Under the pieces are notes generated by a model. It saw nothing but the letters and a program-made list of their open reading frames with translations. It was not told the DNA's origin and did no database searches. Below are positions 7,426-17,313 of a stretch of DNA of 64,000 nucleotides, piece by piece. The position numbers were made by a program, and so were the translations under genes. Numbering within the stretch: the stretch's first letter is position 1; each line of letters begins with the position of its first letter. This DNA is from a virus. The DNA lies in the IMG/VR virus record IMGVR_UViG_3300009068_004979; one strand, written 5' to 3'.

Positions 7426-10014
7426 CTATACTCCAAGTAAATCAAATAAGTCTGTTTGAACTTGGCTACCAGGTGTTTTGAGTTTCCATTTAACGGCATC
7501 ATAAAACCGTTCAATCACTGAGAAAACAATTTTTTCAAACATGAGCTCATGATCTGGTTCAAATTTATCGGCAAATTCTTTCGGGAAGTAATATTTGTAT
7601 CCAAGAGCAGTAAGACCGTATCTGTTTGGTTGTCTTACATAGAAATATCTTACTTTATCACCAGAGGTAATATTTTCGTATTTTTTATCAATGCCAAACT
7701 TTTCTAAAAGTATATTGTGATAATACGCAGCCTTAACATGAATAGGCATCTTCTTGGCTACATTAAACCCATCACTGTTTGCAGCATATCCTTCATACCC
7801 CTTAATGCCCATTACAAAGGCAATATCTTCAACAGGCAGTTTCTTGAAGATATCATAGGTCTCTGTAAACACCTTGTTAGTTTCTGTGAAATCTTTTGTT
7901 ATTAACATCGTTTCAATGATCCTTTTTACATGCGGCTTAATGGGAGCAGGCATTGTTGTACGTACAACTTCGACCCCGGTATACTTAAACTTACTGCAGG
8001 GAATGCCTTCCTCATCAAGTACATGCAATACATATCGTTTCTTCTGTAAAAAGAGACCTACATCTGCAATTGCTTCTCTCTTAAACATTAGTCTGCAATC
8101 TTCTGAAGCTAGAGCTTGCTTGCCCCAGACTTTAATTTTTTCATTCAAATAATCTTCAATATCTTGAACTGCTTTATAATATTCTTTTGTTATTTTACCT
8201 TTGCTATCAAGCATTTGTAGTCCTGTCTTTTTTACGAGATGCTTAATAGAGATATAAGAACTATCTGTGTCATTGTAGATGATGGGTGTATCTAAACGAA
8301 GCTCTTCTTCAGTTAAATTGGCTTTTTCCATTATGTACTTTTCAAGTAAAATATTCGATTCTTTGATGACTGCCTGTCCTGTGAGTGTGATGGATTCTGC
8401 AAGCTCATCATCACCGAGCGGGCTGTGCTTATTACCAAAGTACCCATAGATTGTATTAATGAGAATTTTAATTGTGTGTTGCTTGATATTTAAATTATCA
8501 ATTTCGTTCTTAAGCTTCTTGTATTCTGCTGTGCCTTTTTCAAGATTAAGAAGTTGTTTTTTAGCATTCTTAAGCAATTTTTTTAATTCAACGCGTTTGT
8601 CATAATAGTAATCTACTGCTTGAGGAATAATTCCTTTTTCTTTTTGGGAGAAAAGAACTTTAGCTCGTGAAATTGCAATGCGTTCTTTCTTTACAAAATT
8701 TACAAACTTATCATTTGAAAGAGTGAACGTTTGTCCATTTACATGTTTAATAGTAATATCATTGTCGGTCTTATCTACAATACTCCCAATTTTAGTTTCT
8801 GGTGATAAGTTCAATGTTATCATCACATTGGGGTATAGAGAGTTTGCATCAAATGAGACAACATACTCCTGGAAGCCTTGACGAGGTTCACCAACATAAG
8901 CACCTGCATTTTTTGTATCATCTTCACGTATTTCTTTGCTAAAAGTAGGAATTCTCTGATTACGCTCTCTAGCTTTGATAGCACATAAACCGGTAATAAC
9001 AGATAAAGAACCTAGGGCTCCTTCTAGAGTTGTTAGACCAGCGTATGCTATCATTCGAAGAAGCTGTAGATACTGAAGTTTTTCTTCAAGATTTACAAGC
9101 AAGTTTACGTCTTGGATATTATAATCAACAAACGTTTCCCAATTTGTATCTGCTAATGCAGATAAGTTTGTATCTCCATAATCTATCTTACGTTGGCCTA
9201 GCTCAATTTCACCAATGCGATCCAATTTATATGAGTCACGTAGCGTAGGGCAAAACCGTTTGTAGATATCAAGATAATCCACACATGATACACCTTCAAT
9301 GTGCCAGTGCACTTGCTCTTTACCGAATTTTCCTCGGAAAGTTCTTGGTCTTAGATTCCTTACAGGAGATAATCTTTTGGTCTCATCTTCTCCTAAAATC
9401 TTTGTGCACCTATTGATAATATAAGGAATATCAAAAAATTCACTATTCCATCCCGACAGAATATCTGGGTAATCTGATTCAATATAATCAAGAAATTTGC
9501 TAAAGAGCATCTTCTCATCAGCACAATACGTATAGGTCGTATTAGGCGTTGTCTTGGCATACTTTTTTAATCCCCATGTATAGAAGTGCTTCTGCAGGGT
9601 ATCATATGCAGTAATCACATTAACTGTATGCTGGGGATCGTCAGGCTTGGGAAACTCATCCGGGCTATAGGTTTCAATATCGATAAACAATACGCGGAGA
9701 GAATGACGATTAAAATCCGGTTTTTCATTATCACGCCAAAAAGCATCAAGAAGGAATTGTTGATGCACTGAGAAATTTTCAAAAATTCTTGTAACTTTAT
9801 TATCCTTTAAATATCTGCTGCGTTCAGCTTGATTCCGAAATTTCTTCTTCTTTAGCGGGGTGTTGAATATGCTCTTGCAATCAGCATGATTATTTGTCTC
9901 TAAGTAAATATAGGGCTCGTAAGTGGAGTCGACGACAATGCGTTTGCCTGTCTCGTCCCAGGTAAATAAGCGGACCACCTGATCACGCGGAAGATATGCA
10001 ACATTACGGTACAC
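7426..10014 (-). CDS. 43: Family B DNA polymerase (gp43)
   Basis: Exo DIET, GWNSEFFDIPY, YNIQD; pol SFDANSLYP, KILINTIYG, YNDTDS, KKRY; C-terminal clamp-binding-like QTDLFDLL; no intein seen. Confidence 0.97.
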   Translation of the reverse strand: MYRNVAYLPRDQVVRLFTWDETGKRIVVDSTYEPYIYLETNNHADCKSIFNTPLKKKKFRNQAERSRYLKDNKVTRIFENFSVHQQFLLDAFWRDNEKPDFNRHSLRVLFIDIETYSPDEFPKPDDPQHTVNVITAYDTLQKHFYTWGLKKYAKTTPNTTYTYCADEKMLFSKFLDYIESDYPDILSGWNSEFFDIPYIINRCTKILGEDETKRLSPVRNLRPRTFRGKFGKEQVHWHIEGVSCVDYLDIYKRFCPTLRDSYKLDRIGEIELGQRKIDYGDTNLSALADTNWETFVDYNIQDVNLLVNLEEKLQYLQLLRMIAYAGLTTLEGALGSLSVITGLCAIKARERNQRIPTFSKEIREDDTKNAGAYVGEPRQGFQEYVVSFDANSLYPNVMITLNLSPETKIGSIVDKTDNDITIKHVNGQTFTLSNDKFVNFVKKERIAISRAKVLFSQKEKGIIPQAVDYYYDKRVELKKLLKNAKKQLLNLEKGTAEYKKLKNEIDNLNIKQHTIKILINTIYGYFGNKHSPLGDDELAESITLTGQAVIKESNILLEKYIMEKANLTEEELRLDTPIIYNDTDSSYISIKHLVKKTGLQMLDSKGKITKEYYKAVQDIEDYLNEKIKVWGKQALASEDCRLMFKREAIADVGLFLQKKRYVLHVLDEEGIPCSKFKYTGVEVVRTTMPAPIKPHVKRIIETMLITKDFTETNKVFTETYDIFKKLPVEDIAFVMGIKGYEGYAANSDGFNVAKKMPIHVKAAYYHNILLEKFGIDKKYENITSGDKVRYFYVRQPNRYGLTALGYKYYFPKEFADKFEPDHELMFEKIVFSVIERFYDAVKWKLKTPGSQVQTDLFDLLGV

Positions 10015-10020
10015 TTAGTT

Positions 10021-10048
10021 AGTATAATGGAAGAAATAAAAATTACAA
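10021..10048 (-). promoter_or_regulatory. Sigma70-like promoter for gp43
   Basis: TTGTAA-N16-TATACT, 6 nt from GTG. Confidence 0.65.
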
Positions 10049-11257
10049 CCCATTAATAGCATTCAGTAGCTTTCTATCTGAATGGCCATATGGAAGTGTA
10101 TATAACTCAACATATTTGTTAATGTTATCTTCATTCTCAAGCCAACGACTCTCGGCAACTTTTCTTGCTTTAGCACAAGTATTCATATATTTGCCTTTCT
10201 TAGCAAGTGTTGTTTCTATTTGATCTACCATTTCATCACCTGTTTTAAATTTGATTGGTGCATCTTGATATGTAACCATGTCCTGGCAAGCAATAGGAAG
10301 ACCATAGCTACAAGCTTCAATGTATTTTAGATCACTCTTTGCACGATTAAACACATTGTCCTGCAGAGGAGCTACCATCATATTAACGTTGAGGTTATGA
10401 ATTTTTTCTGGGTAATTATAGAGTGACGACCAGGGGTGAAACTCAAAAGTTTTGTTATGTATATAAGACTGCAATGGTAGCGGGAATGCACCTAAGAATA
10501 CCCACTGAAACTTGTCTTTTGTCTTAATAATTGTTTCACATACATGTTCGAAGTCATCTTTTTGACCGACTCTATTATCAACATCAAAGTGTGCTCCTGA
10601 TCCTGCATAAAGAATGCGAGGTTTTTTCTCGTACCGATCATAATTTTCAGATATGCGCTTCTCGTTATAAAACTGGCCCATCCACCACTTCGGAGGATAA
10701 TTAGGAATTACCGTCACATTTCTGTTGCCCGTTTTATCGGCATAGTAATCTTTCATGTAATCACATGTGACAGTAACTTCATCACATAGTGACATAATTT
10801 CTTGTGCACATCTTCTAATCTCTGGATCAGTAAATGCTGGTTTGAATTTATTATACTCAGGAATATCTTCACTAAACATAATATCGTCAATTTCAAAAAT
10901 AATTCTAAACCCAAGCTGTTTGCTAAGCTCTTTAAGAAATTGTACAAACTTGAGCTGGTGTGGTGTAGCTTGTCTTTGTATTCTCACTGCTTGTATGCCA
11001 CGAAAATAATTGGCATCGAAACACATTACTGTACTGCCGTGTACAACCATCTTTTGGTGAGCATTGAGAAGATGTTCAGGCCAAATCATTCTCCAGAAAC
11101 CACAACCTGAGAAATCTGCATAATAATTTAATGCTCTTTTGAGGGATAATTCTGGTGGAGCGGGTACTGATGGCTGCGCTGGTACAATCTGCGACTGTAA
11201 GCCAAATGGTGTAGGAAACGGACTGGCAAAAGGGCTTACAAAGGGAGAGGGATGCAT
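10043..11257 (-). CDS. Glycosyltransferase (GT-B-like)
   Basis: GCGFWRM, EIDD, VIPN, APLQDNVFNRAKSDLKYIE typical of phage GT-B proteins; N-terminal (S/T)PF repeats. Confidence 0.8.
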   Translation of the reverse strand: MHPSPFVSPFASPFPTPFGLQSQIVPAQPSVPAPPELSLKRALNYYADFSGCGFWRMIWPEHLLNAHQKMVVHGSTVMCFDANYFRGIQAVRIQRQATPHQLKFVQFLKELSKQLGFRIIFEIDDIMFSEDIPEYNKFKPAFTDPEIRRCAQEIMSLCDEVTVTCDYMKDYYADKTGNRNVTVIPNYPPKWWMGQFYNEKRISENYDRYEKKPRILYAGSGAHFDVDNRVGQKDDFEHVCETIIKTKDKFQWVFLGAFPLPLQSYIHNKTFEFHPWSSLYNYPEKIHNLNVNMMVAPLQDNVFNRAKSDLKYIEACSYGLPIACQDMVTYQDAPIKFKTGDEMVDQIETTLAKKGKYMNTCAKARKVAESRWLENEDNINKYVELYTLPYGHSDRKLLNAINGL

Positions 11258-11269
11258 ATGTTGTATATT

Positions 11270-13081
11270 TTATGATTTATATTCGATGTAATCAACTCTC
11301 CGAGTGATGCCATTATTCTTTTCTAAGAAAATAATATCTCCAGTTGCGGCTTTGATGCTTTCTTTACGATGACTAATTACCATTATACATTCATTATATT
11401 TTTCTACTCGTTCTTTCAGAATACCAATTACGAGTTCCACACCTTTTTCATCTAAACTGGAATCAAAGAGTTCATCATAAATGCTGAAATTAAACGACAC
11501 GTCGCCTTGTAATCTTCTAATATCCATGAACGTAAACAGACAAGACAGATCAATATTTTTTCTTTCTGCACCACTAAAATTAAAGTAAGAGCTTTGTTTG
11601 CCTTTATCGTCTACTATTTCTTCTTCAAAGTATTCATTGAAGCTGCAAACACAATTTGCATCCATTTTTTTCAAGTAATAGGTAAGCTTGCTATTAAACA
11701 ATTGTAAGATTTTCTTTACAATATAGGATTTAACTCCTTCTTCAGAAACAACAAATTTAACTACTTCAAGCATGTTCATCACTTGATTAATTTCATCAAT
11801 TGAAGTTTGAATATTTGTGAGACGTTTCCTCTGTTCATCGATAATACTATCAAACGAATTAGACTGTGTATCCAGATCAGTTAAATCTTGATCTAATTCT
11901 ATTTGCCATTTCTTGAGTTGTTCTAGGCGCGTAGCAATATTAGCCTTATCTTGAAGCTTAAGATTATATTTGTGTATATTGTCTTTTAAATCAGTTATAT
12001 TATTATTCAGCTTTATTTGCGCAGCCTTAATAAGGGATTCTTCATCTGTAAGCGTTTTGATAGAAACTTTGCGTTCTTCTATTTCTTTCTTAATAGTCTG
12101 TTTTTCCTCGCGAATATGTTTTTTATCTATCTCCTCAATGCCTCTTAAGCATACTGGGCATTTATCTTTATCGGTGCCTACAGAGTTTAGCTTCTTTTCA
12201 AGTTGGGTTATGAGTGTAGAGTTCTCTGAGATATTGTGACGTGTATTCTGTAGCTTGGTATCAAGTTTAGTTAAATTCTTTTCAATGCCTTCTATTTCAC
12301 TGTTTATCTTATCGATACTCTGTATTTCAAATGCTAGTAACTGTTTTTCAATAGTAAGAATCTCTGCTGCGTTATCGGTCTTACGTGTTTTATATTTTTC
12401 TAACTTACGTGTCTTCTCTTGAGCTGACGCTTCTTTTTGCTTTTCATAGCTACTTAGTGTTTTTGTTGCTTCATCAAATTTAGTTGTTTCAATATCAAAC
12501 GTTTTCTTTTTATCATTAGCATCTGTTTTTAGGATTGTAAGCATTTGTCCAAAAATACCAAGGTTAAAAATATCTTCAATAAATTTTCTCTTCTCTTGCT
12601 TCTTTTTGGCCATGAAAGGTATCGTATTGTTGATGGTCATTATGACACAGTTTTGAAAAACTTCAGGAGTACAATTGAATTTCTCACGAATAAATTCATT
12701 AGTATTTGAAATGCTATCCCGTGTTTTATCTTCACCATTAATGTAGAGATAGCATTTGGATGGCTCAAGAGTGCGGATAATTTGTATATTCTCTATTTTA
12801 TCAAAATGTTTTATTTGTACTTCAATATTAACTTCGCAATTCTTTTTATTGATATTATTAACAATAAACTCTTTTTTTAGATCGCGGAGAGTCTCGCCAA
12901 AGACAGCAAAATAAACTGCATCAGCAACAGTAGATTTACCGACACCATTGCGACGGTCTTCTTTATCTTTGTTTAGTCCAGTAATGATATGTAAGCCTGG
13001 CTTAAATTCTATAACTACAGGCTGATTGCCTACAGATAAGAAATTTTTAATTGTTACTTTTTTGAAATTAATATTTTTCAT
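11270..13081 (-). CDS. 46: Recombination ATPase gp46 (Rad50/SbcC-like)
   Basis: KNFLSVG, NGVGKS, zinc hook CPVC, FSGAE signature, DELFDSSLD, ISH. Confidence 0.95.
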   Translation of the reverse strand: MKNINFKKVTIKNFLSVGNQPVVIEFKPGLHIITGLNKDKEDRRNGVGKSTVADAVYFAVFGETLRDLKKEFIVNNINKKNCEVNIEVQIKHFDKIENIQIIRTLEPSKCYLYINGEDKTRDSISNTNEFIREKFNCTPEVFQNCVIMTINNTIPFMAKKKQEKRKFIEDIFNLGIFGQMLTILKTDANDKKKTFDIETTKFDEATKTLSSYEKQKEASAQEKTRKLEKYKTRKTDNAAEILTIEKQLLAFEIQSIDKINSEIEGIEKNLTKLDTKLQNTRHNISENSTLITQLEKKLNSVGTDKDKCPVCLRGIEEIDKKHIREEKQTIKKEIEERKVSIKTLTDEESLIKAAQIKLNNNITDLKDNIHKYNLKLQDKANIATRLEQLKKWQIELDQDLTDLDTQSNSFDSIIDEQRKRLTNIQTSIDEINQVMNMLEVVKFVVSEEGVKSYIVKKILQLFNSKLTYYLKKMDANCVCSFNEYFEEEIVDDKGKQSSYFNFSGAERKNIDLSCLFTFMDIRRLQGDVSFNFSIYDELFDSSLDEKGVELVIGILKERVEKYNECIMVISHRKESIKAATGDIIFLEKNNGITRRVDYIEYKS

Positions 13082-14139
13082 CTACACTTTTTATAGAGTT
13101 CAGTACAGTACTCTATAACCTCTTTTTTATTCTGTATATCTAAAATGTTTATAAATTCTTCTATTGCTTTATTGATGTCAACACCTGATAAGTCGCAGTC
13201 TTGATCATCATTTACTGTAATATTATCATTATAGAGTGAATAGTCTACAGATAAAGAAAATGGATTATGTAAGGAAAGTTTTTTAAGAAGAATGTCAATA
13301 TTATCACTTGTAATTTTCTTGTCTACAATTAGCTTAACAATGTTGCTATTAAAAATGTCTTGTGCATCGTTACCGCTGAGACTTTTAAGCTGTGTTAAAT
13401 CTGTGAGTGTTACTTTTTTGTGTTTAGGTGAATTCTTGTTCTCATAAAATTCATAAGAGGAATTATTTAGATCAAGAATATAATAGCCTTTAGTTGAGCC
13501 AGTATCACCGAAATCCATTTCAAATGGGTTACCTACATAAACAATAGTTCCCTTGTCATACTTGCGTTCGTCTCTTAAGTGAAAGTGACCTGTAAGGATA
13601 AGTGGTGCTTTATTGAGCAAATCTTTTGTCTTCATGCCATGGTCACAAAGCTTGAAGGAGTTCATCTTGAAGCTTTCAATTTCTAGATGACCGAAGATAA
13701 TATCAGCTTTTTGAATATCCGCAACCTCTGCACCCCATGGCAAGAAGGCACAATTTTTTCCAAATAGTTTAGTATCTGTAGCTGTGCTTATAATAGTAAT
13801 ATTTTTCCAGCCATTTAAAATAGAAAGTGAGTTAATATCAGATCTATCTTTATAGAAAGCATCATGATTACCTACAATAATAACAATATTAAAGCTACTC
13901 CAGAGTTTTAATATTTCATTAACTACATGAATTGTGTTAACAGCAATTTCATCTCTATAATGATACAAATCACCGAGAATAAAGATATCTTGAATACCTT
14001 TTTGCTCTAAATCCTGTTTTAACCAGGCAGCCCATTTGAGGGTTGTCTCATGCCAAAATATACTGTTCTGATGAATGCCTATATGCAAATCAGCAATACA
14101 GCATATTTTTGGCTGTCTTACTGCTATTTCTTTAATCAC
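13078..14139 (-). CDS. 47: Recombination nuclease gp47 (Mre11/SbcD-like)
   Basis: DLHIG, GDLY, GNHD, GHLE, GHFH metallophosphoesterase motifs. Confidence 0.95.
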   Translation of the reverse strand: MIKEIAVRQPKICCIADLHIGIHQNSIFWHETTLKWAAWLKQDLEQKGIQDIFILGDLYHYRDEIAVNTIHVVNEILKLWSSFNIVIIVGNHDAFYKDRSDINSLSILNGWKNITIISTATDTKLFGKNCAFLPWGAEVADIQKADIIFGHLEIESFKMNSFKLCDHGMKTKDLLNKAPLILTGHFHLRDERKYDKGTIVYVGNPFEMDFGDTGSTKGYYILDLNNSSYEFYENKNSPKHKKVTLTDLTQLKSLSGNDAQDIFNSNIVKLIVDKKITSDNIDILLKKLSLHNPFSLSVDYSLYNDNITVNDDQDCDLSGVDINKAIEEFINILDIQNKKEVIEYCTELYKKCR

Positions 14140-14744
14140 TAATCCTCCTGATTATAATTTTCGTCGAGTGGTTCAATGTAAATGTAGCAATTGCCGTCTT
14201 CGTCTTTTTTGGCCATAGTTTCTGTATAAACCTTTTCCTTATACTCTGTGAGTGCCTGGTGGTGTTTTTTCTCTTTTTTAATTCTATTAATAAAAGCATG
14301 AAATGCAATTGTAGTAAAATATGAGAATGGACTGAATCCTGAATCGAGTCTAAATTTTTTATTGCGTAATGCGGAGAACATCTTAACAATTGCATCTCCG
14401 ATCATGTCATCTTTATAGGAGTAATTAATAAAATTAGGGGCGTATGATAATCCGTTAGCGATCTTAGTTAGACTTTCACCGAGCTTTTCAGAAATTTTAC
14501 CTGTATTGTAGTATACGCGTATTTCTTCCTCAAACTCACGGCTATTGACATAATGAACTTTATCGCGAGGTCTGATCTTCTTCTTTGGTGCTTCTGTTGC
14601 ATCCAGAGTAGGTACCGGCGGAACTGTCTCTACAGCTACTTCTTTATCCTCTTTGCGTGTGTGTGGCTTGCTCACACTTTTTGGAGATTCAGCTTTAGCT
14701 TTCTTTAATTTCTTTAATCGCGAAGTTGATGTTTTCTTTTTCAT
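14139..14744 (-). CDS. 55: Late-transcription sigma factor gp55
   Basis: HYVNSREF, NFINYSYKDDMIGDA, PFSYFTTIAFHAFINRIKKEKK. Confidence 0.9.
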   Translation of the reverse strand: MKKKTSTSRLKKLKKAKAESPKSVSKPHTRKEDKEVAVETVPPVPTLDATEAPKKKIRPRDKVHYVNSREFEEEIRVYYNTGKISEKLGESLTKIANGLSYAPNFINYSYKDDMIGDAIVKMFSALRNKKFRLDSGFSPFSYFTTIAFHAFINRIKKEKKHHQALTEYKEKVYTETMAKKDEDGNCYIYIEPLDENYNQED

Positions 14745-16161
14745 AAAGTTTTATGCGTTTATCCATATGGGATTGGCCATACTTGAGATTATCTGCAATG
14801 TCTACTATTATAAGCTTATCTTTATCCTTATGCAAGCGAAGACCTCTGCCGATTGACTGTACAATTTTTATCTTAGCTTTTCCACCGCCTGCAAATATAA
14901 TATAATGTAAATTTTTGATATTAATACCTGTAGAAAATATCTTTGAAATTGCTACAACAACAACATCATCACGCTCTTCCATTAATTTTTTAACTTTTTC
15001 TCTCTCATCTATTTCTACTTCACCTCTAATAAAATAAACATGCTTATTAGGGCATGTTGTTTTTACTGCGTTGTATATATTTTCCCCATGTTCAATATAA
15101 TCGATAAGAATAAGAGCATTTTTGTTTAAACCGCAGGATAATTTAGCTAAAAAATTATTTCTAAATGTATTAGATATTAGAAAGGATTGTTCAGCTCTGT
15201 AGCGATCTGTTGCGGACACATCGTGTATTGCATCTCTAAATGGGTCTCGGTTGTATGATATTCTTACAATCTGGACACTCACATTGCTAACATAATTTTC
15301 TAATCTGAGTTCATAGCTACTTTTTTCGTAAATTATCGGGCCAATTTTTCCAATAATATTCCATTGGTCAAGAGGGCCCTCAGGCATGGTGCCTGTGAAT
15401 CCAAACCTTACTGGTGTTTTTATCTTTTTAAACAGTTTATTGATTTCATTTCCACGACGAATCTTATGAACCTCGTCAACAACTACAACATCAACATTTT
15501 CAATCCACGTTAAATCACTGTTCTTACTTTGTAATATTCCGAGATTAGCCACAATTACATTAGTAGAATTGATTGTACCATTATCAATTGAATGTGATCC
15601 GGTCCATCTGCAAACAGAGAACGGGACCTTATATGAAGAGAAATCGTTAAACGTTTGTTCTACTAGACCGAGATCTGGAACTATAATGATACATTTAAAT
15701 TTGTTGTTTGCAGCCCAGATATTAGAAAGCACAGAAGCCATGGTAAGTGTCTTGCCACCAGCAGTCGCTAAAACAACAGTTCCGCGGCCTCTGTTCAAAC
15801 ATGTGCGCGTTATTTCTTCTTGGTAGTCTCTAAGCTGTAAAGATAGCGGGTATGGATCAAGCTTAAAATTTGGTAGGTCAAGCCACCTTGTTGGTGCAGG
15901 TGTACACTCGTGCTTAAATTCGTCTCCAAATTTTATCTCACCTGTATATTGCCTGTTGATGAGGTATTTTTGTATTTCAAAAAATAAGCACGGTTCAAAT
16001 TTTCCGGTAGGTGTTATTGCATATGTGCGCTGCGGTATGAAGCGACCATACTTGCGCATAAAAGATGCAGCTTCATTCTTAACAGAGAAATGCTCGCGAA
16101 TTTCATCTAAGAAATCGCAGGTTAGTTGTGCTTGGTTTTTTTCAAATTTTATCTCTATCAT
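14695..16161 (-). CDS. uvsW: SF2 helicase UvsW
   Basis: LRDYQ, ATAGGKT, DEVH, GFTGT, FSTGINI, QSIGRGLR. Confidence 0.93.
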   Translation of the reverse strand: MIEIKFEKNQAQLTCDFLDEIREHFSVKNEAASFMRKYGRFIPQRTYAITPTGKFEPCLFFEIQKYLINRQYTGEIKFGDEFKHECTPAPTRWLDLPNFKLDPYPLSLQLRDYQEEITRTCLNRGRGTVVLATAGGKTLTMASVLSNIWAANNKFKCIIIVPDLGLVEQTFNDFSSYKVPFSVCRWTGSHSIDNGTINSTNVIVANLGILQSKNSDLTWIENVDVVVVDEVHKIRRGNEINKLFKKIKTPVRFGFTGTMPEGPLDQWNIIGKIGPIIYEKSSYELRLENYVSNVSVQIVRISYNRDPFRDAIHDVSATDRYRAEQSFLISNTFRNNFLAKLSCGLNKNALILIDYIEHGENIYNAVKTTCPNKHVYFIRGEVEIDEREKVKKLMEERDDVVVVAISKIFSTGINIKNLHYIIFAGGGKAKIKIVQSIGRGLRLHKDKDKLIIVDIADNLKYGQSHMDKRIKLYEKENINFAIKEIKES

Positions 16162-16550
16162 GTTGTTTCGAGCTTCATGATGTCAATGAGATTTTTGATA
16201 TCATATGAAGTGCTGTTTAATGTTCTTTCAGATTTTTCTAATAACTCAATTACCAGTTCAATTTCTTTAATCCTTGCATCAGCTTCTGTTAATTCATTAC
16301 TATTTTCTGCTGTTCTTTCGGCAACAGGTGCTGTTAACTTAACAGGGCTCATTTCGTTAATCTTATCAACAATGGCTCTTTTGAGTTTATCTCTATTCTT
16401 TTTAAGAGTAATGAGTTCTAGCTTATGACGTATGCATCTGCCTGCCCATTTGTGCTTGATACCCGGTAATCTTTGCTGATAATCCTTAAGGTTAAGTTCA
16501 TCAAACTTAAGATCATTTTCTAGTTCAGTTATGTAATCTTCTAGGCGCAT
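16158..16550 (-). CDS. uvsY: Recombination mediator UvsY (start corrected to ATG 16550)
   Basis: MRLEDYITELENDLKFDE...KHKW resembles the T4 UvsY N-terminus; promoter 8 nt upstream. Confidence 0.85.
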   Translation of the reverse strand: MRLEDYITELENDLKFDELNLKDYQQRLPGIKHKWAGRCIRHKLELITLKKNRDKLKRAIVDKINEMSPVKLTAPVAERTAENSNELTEADARIKEIELVIELLEKSERTLNSTSYDIKNLIDIMKLETT

Positions 16551-16558
16551 TAACTTAA

Positions 16559-16586
16559 ATAATAATATAAAGATACATAAAATCAA
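16559..16586 (-). promoter_or_regulatory. Sigma70-like promoter for the uvsY-uvsW-55-47-46 operon, overlapping a divergent TAAATA (16556-16561, +)
   Basis: TTGATT-N16-TATTAT, 8 nt from ATG 16550. Confidence 0.6.
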
Positions 16587-16844
16587 ATGAAACTATTTGA
16601 ATCAGCCTTTAATAACGCTTTAAATGAAATGGCAAATACTGCCGGTGGGGCAGGTGGTGTGTTTACTGCATATGCGGGCACAGTAAATGCAGGAGAATTT
16701 GGCAATCAATTTCCTTCGCAAAATGATAAAGCGTATGCACCTGGTGATGCAAGAGTTCCAAAAATCTTGGGAGCCAAATTTTCTAAGAAAAAGAAAAAAT
16801 TAAAGTATCCTATTCAGCGACGTACATTTCTTCCTGGCAATTGA
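16587..16844 (+). CDS. Small protein carrying a copy of the major capsid protein N-arm
   Basis: Residues 38-61 FGNQFPSQNDKAYAPGDARVPKIL vs gp23 92-115 FGNQFPSQNDNAYAAGDARLPKIL, then RRTF in both. Confidence 0.85.
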   Translation: MKLFESAFNNALNEMANTAGGAGGVFTAYAGTVNAGEFGNQFPSQNDKAYAPGDARVPKILGAKFSKKKKKLKYPIQRRTFLPGN

Positions 16845-16873
16845 CTTGTAGGTAGTATTGGTTAATTATTGAT

Positions 16874-17287
16874 ATGGATTTAGGTCATTGGCAGCTTCAT
16901 GAAGGCATAGTTATAGATGAAAATACTTTTGGTTTTATCTATGAAATAGTTAACACAATAACAAATAAGAAGTATATAGGTAAAAAACAGTGTAAGTCTA
17001 AGTTGAAGCGAAAGCCATTGAAGGGCAAAGTAAACAAAAGAATAGAGATAAAAGACTCGGATTGGAGAGAATATACAAGCTCCTCAAATGAGTTAAATGC
17101 TGATATACAGAAATACGGTAAAGACAAATTCATTTTCAATGTTATACGTATATGTGGTAGCAAGTGGGAGCTTGCGTATTATGAAATTAAAGAGCAGATA
17201 GAGCGCAGCGTCTTGTTGAGTGACGGCTATTATAACGGCATAATAAATGTAAGGATTGGCAGGCCTCCAAAGAAATTGCTTGAATAA
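16874..17287 (+). CDS. GIY-YIG endonuclease (endonuclease II/Seg-like)
   Basis: FGFIYEI...KKYIGKK, SDWREYTSSS, YYE, YYNGII. Confidence 0.85.
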   Translation: MDLGHWQLHEGIVIDENTFGFIYEIVNTITNKKYIGKKQCKSKLKRKPLKGKVNKRIEIKDSDWREYTSSSNELNADIQKYGKDKFIFNVIRICGSKWELAYYEIKEQIERSVLLSDGYYNGIINVRIGRPPKKLLE

Positions 17288-17313
17288 TTTTTTATATCTT
17301 GTAATAATATCTC

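Noticed and set aside
7426-10014. Intein or intron in polymerase, helicases or portal
   Set aside because: Lengths are normal, frames are continuous, and no splicing motifs were seen
16698-16769. Assembly artefact or recent duplication explaining the capsid-like peptide
   Set aside because: Only 4 of 24 codons are identical to gp23, which is incompatible with a recent copy
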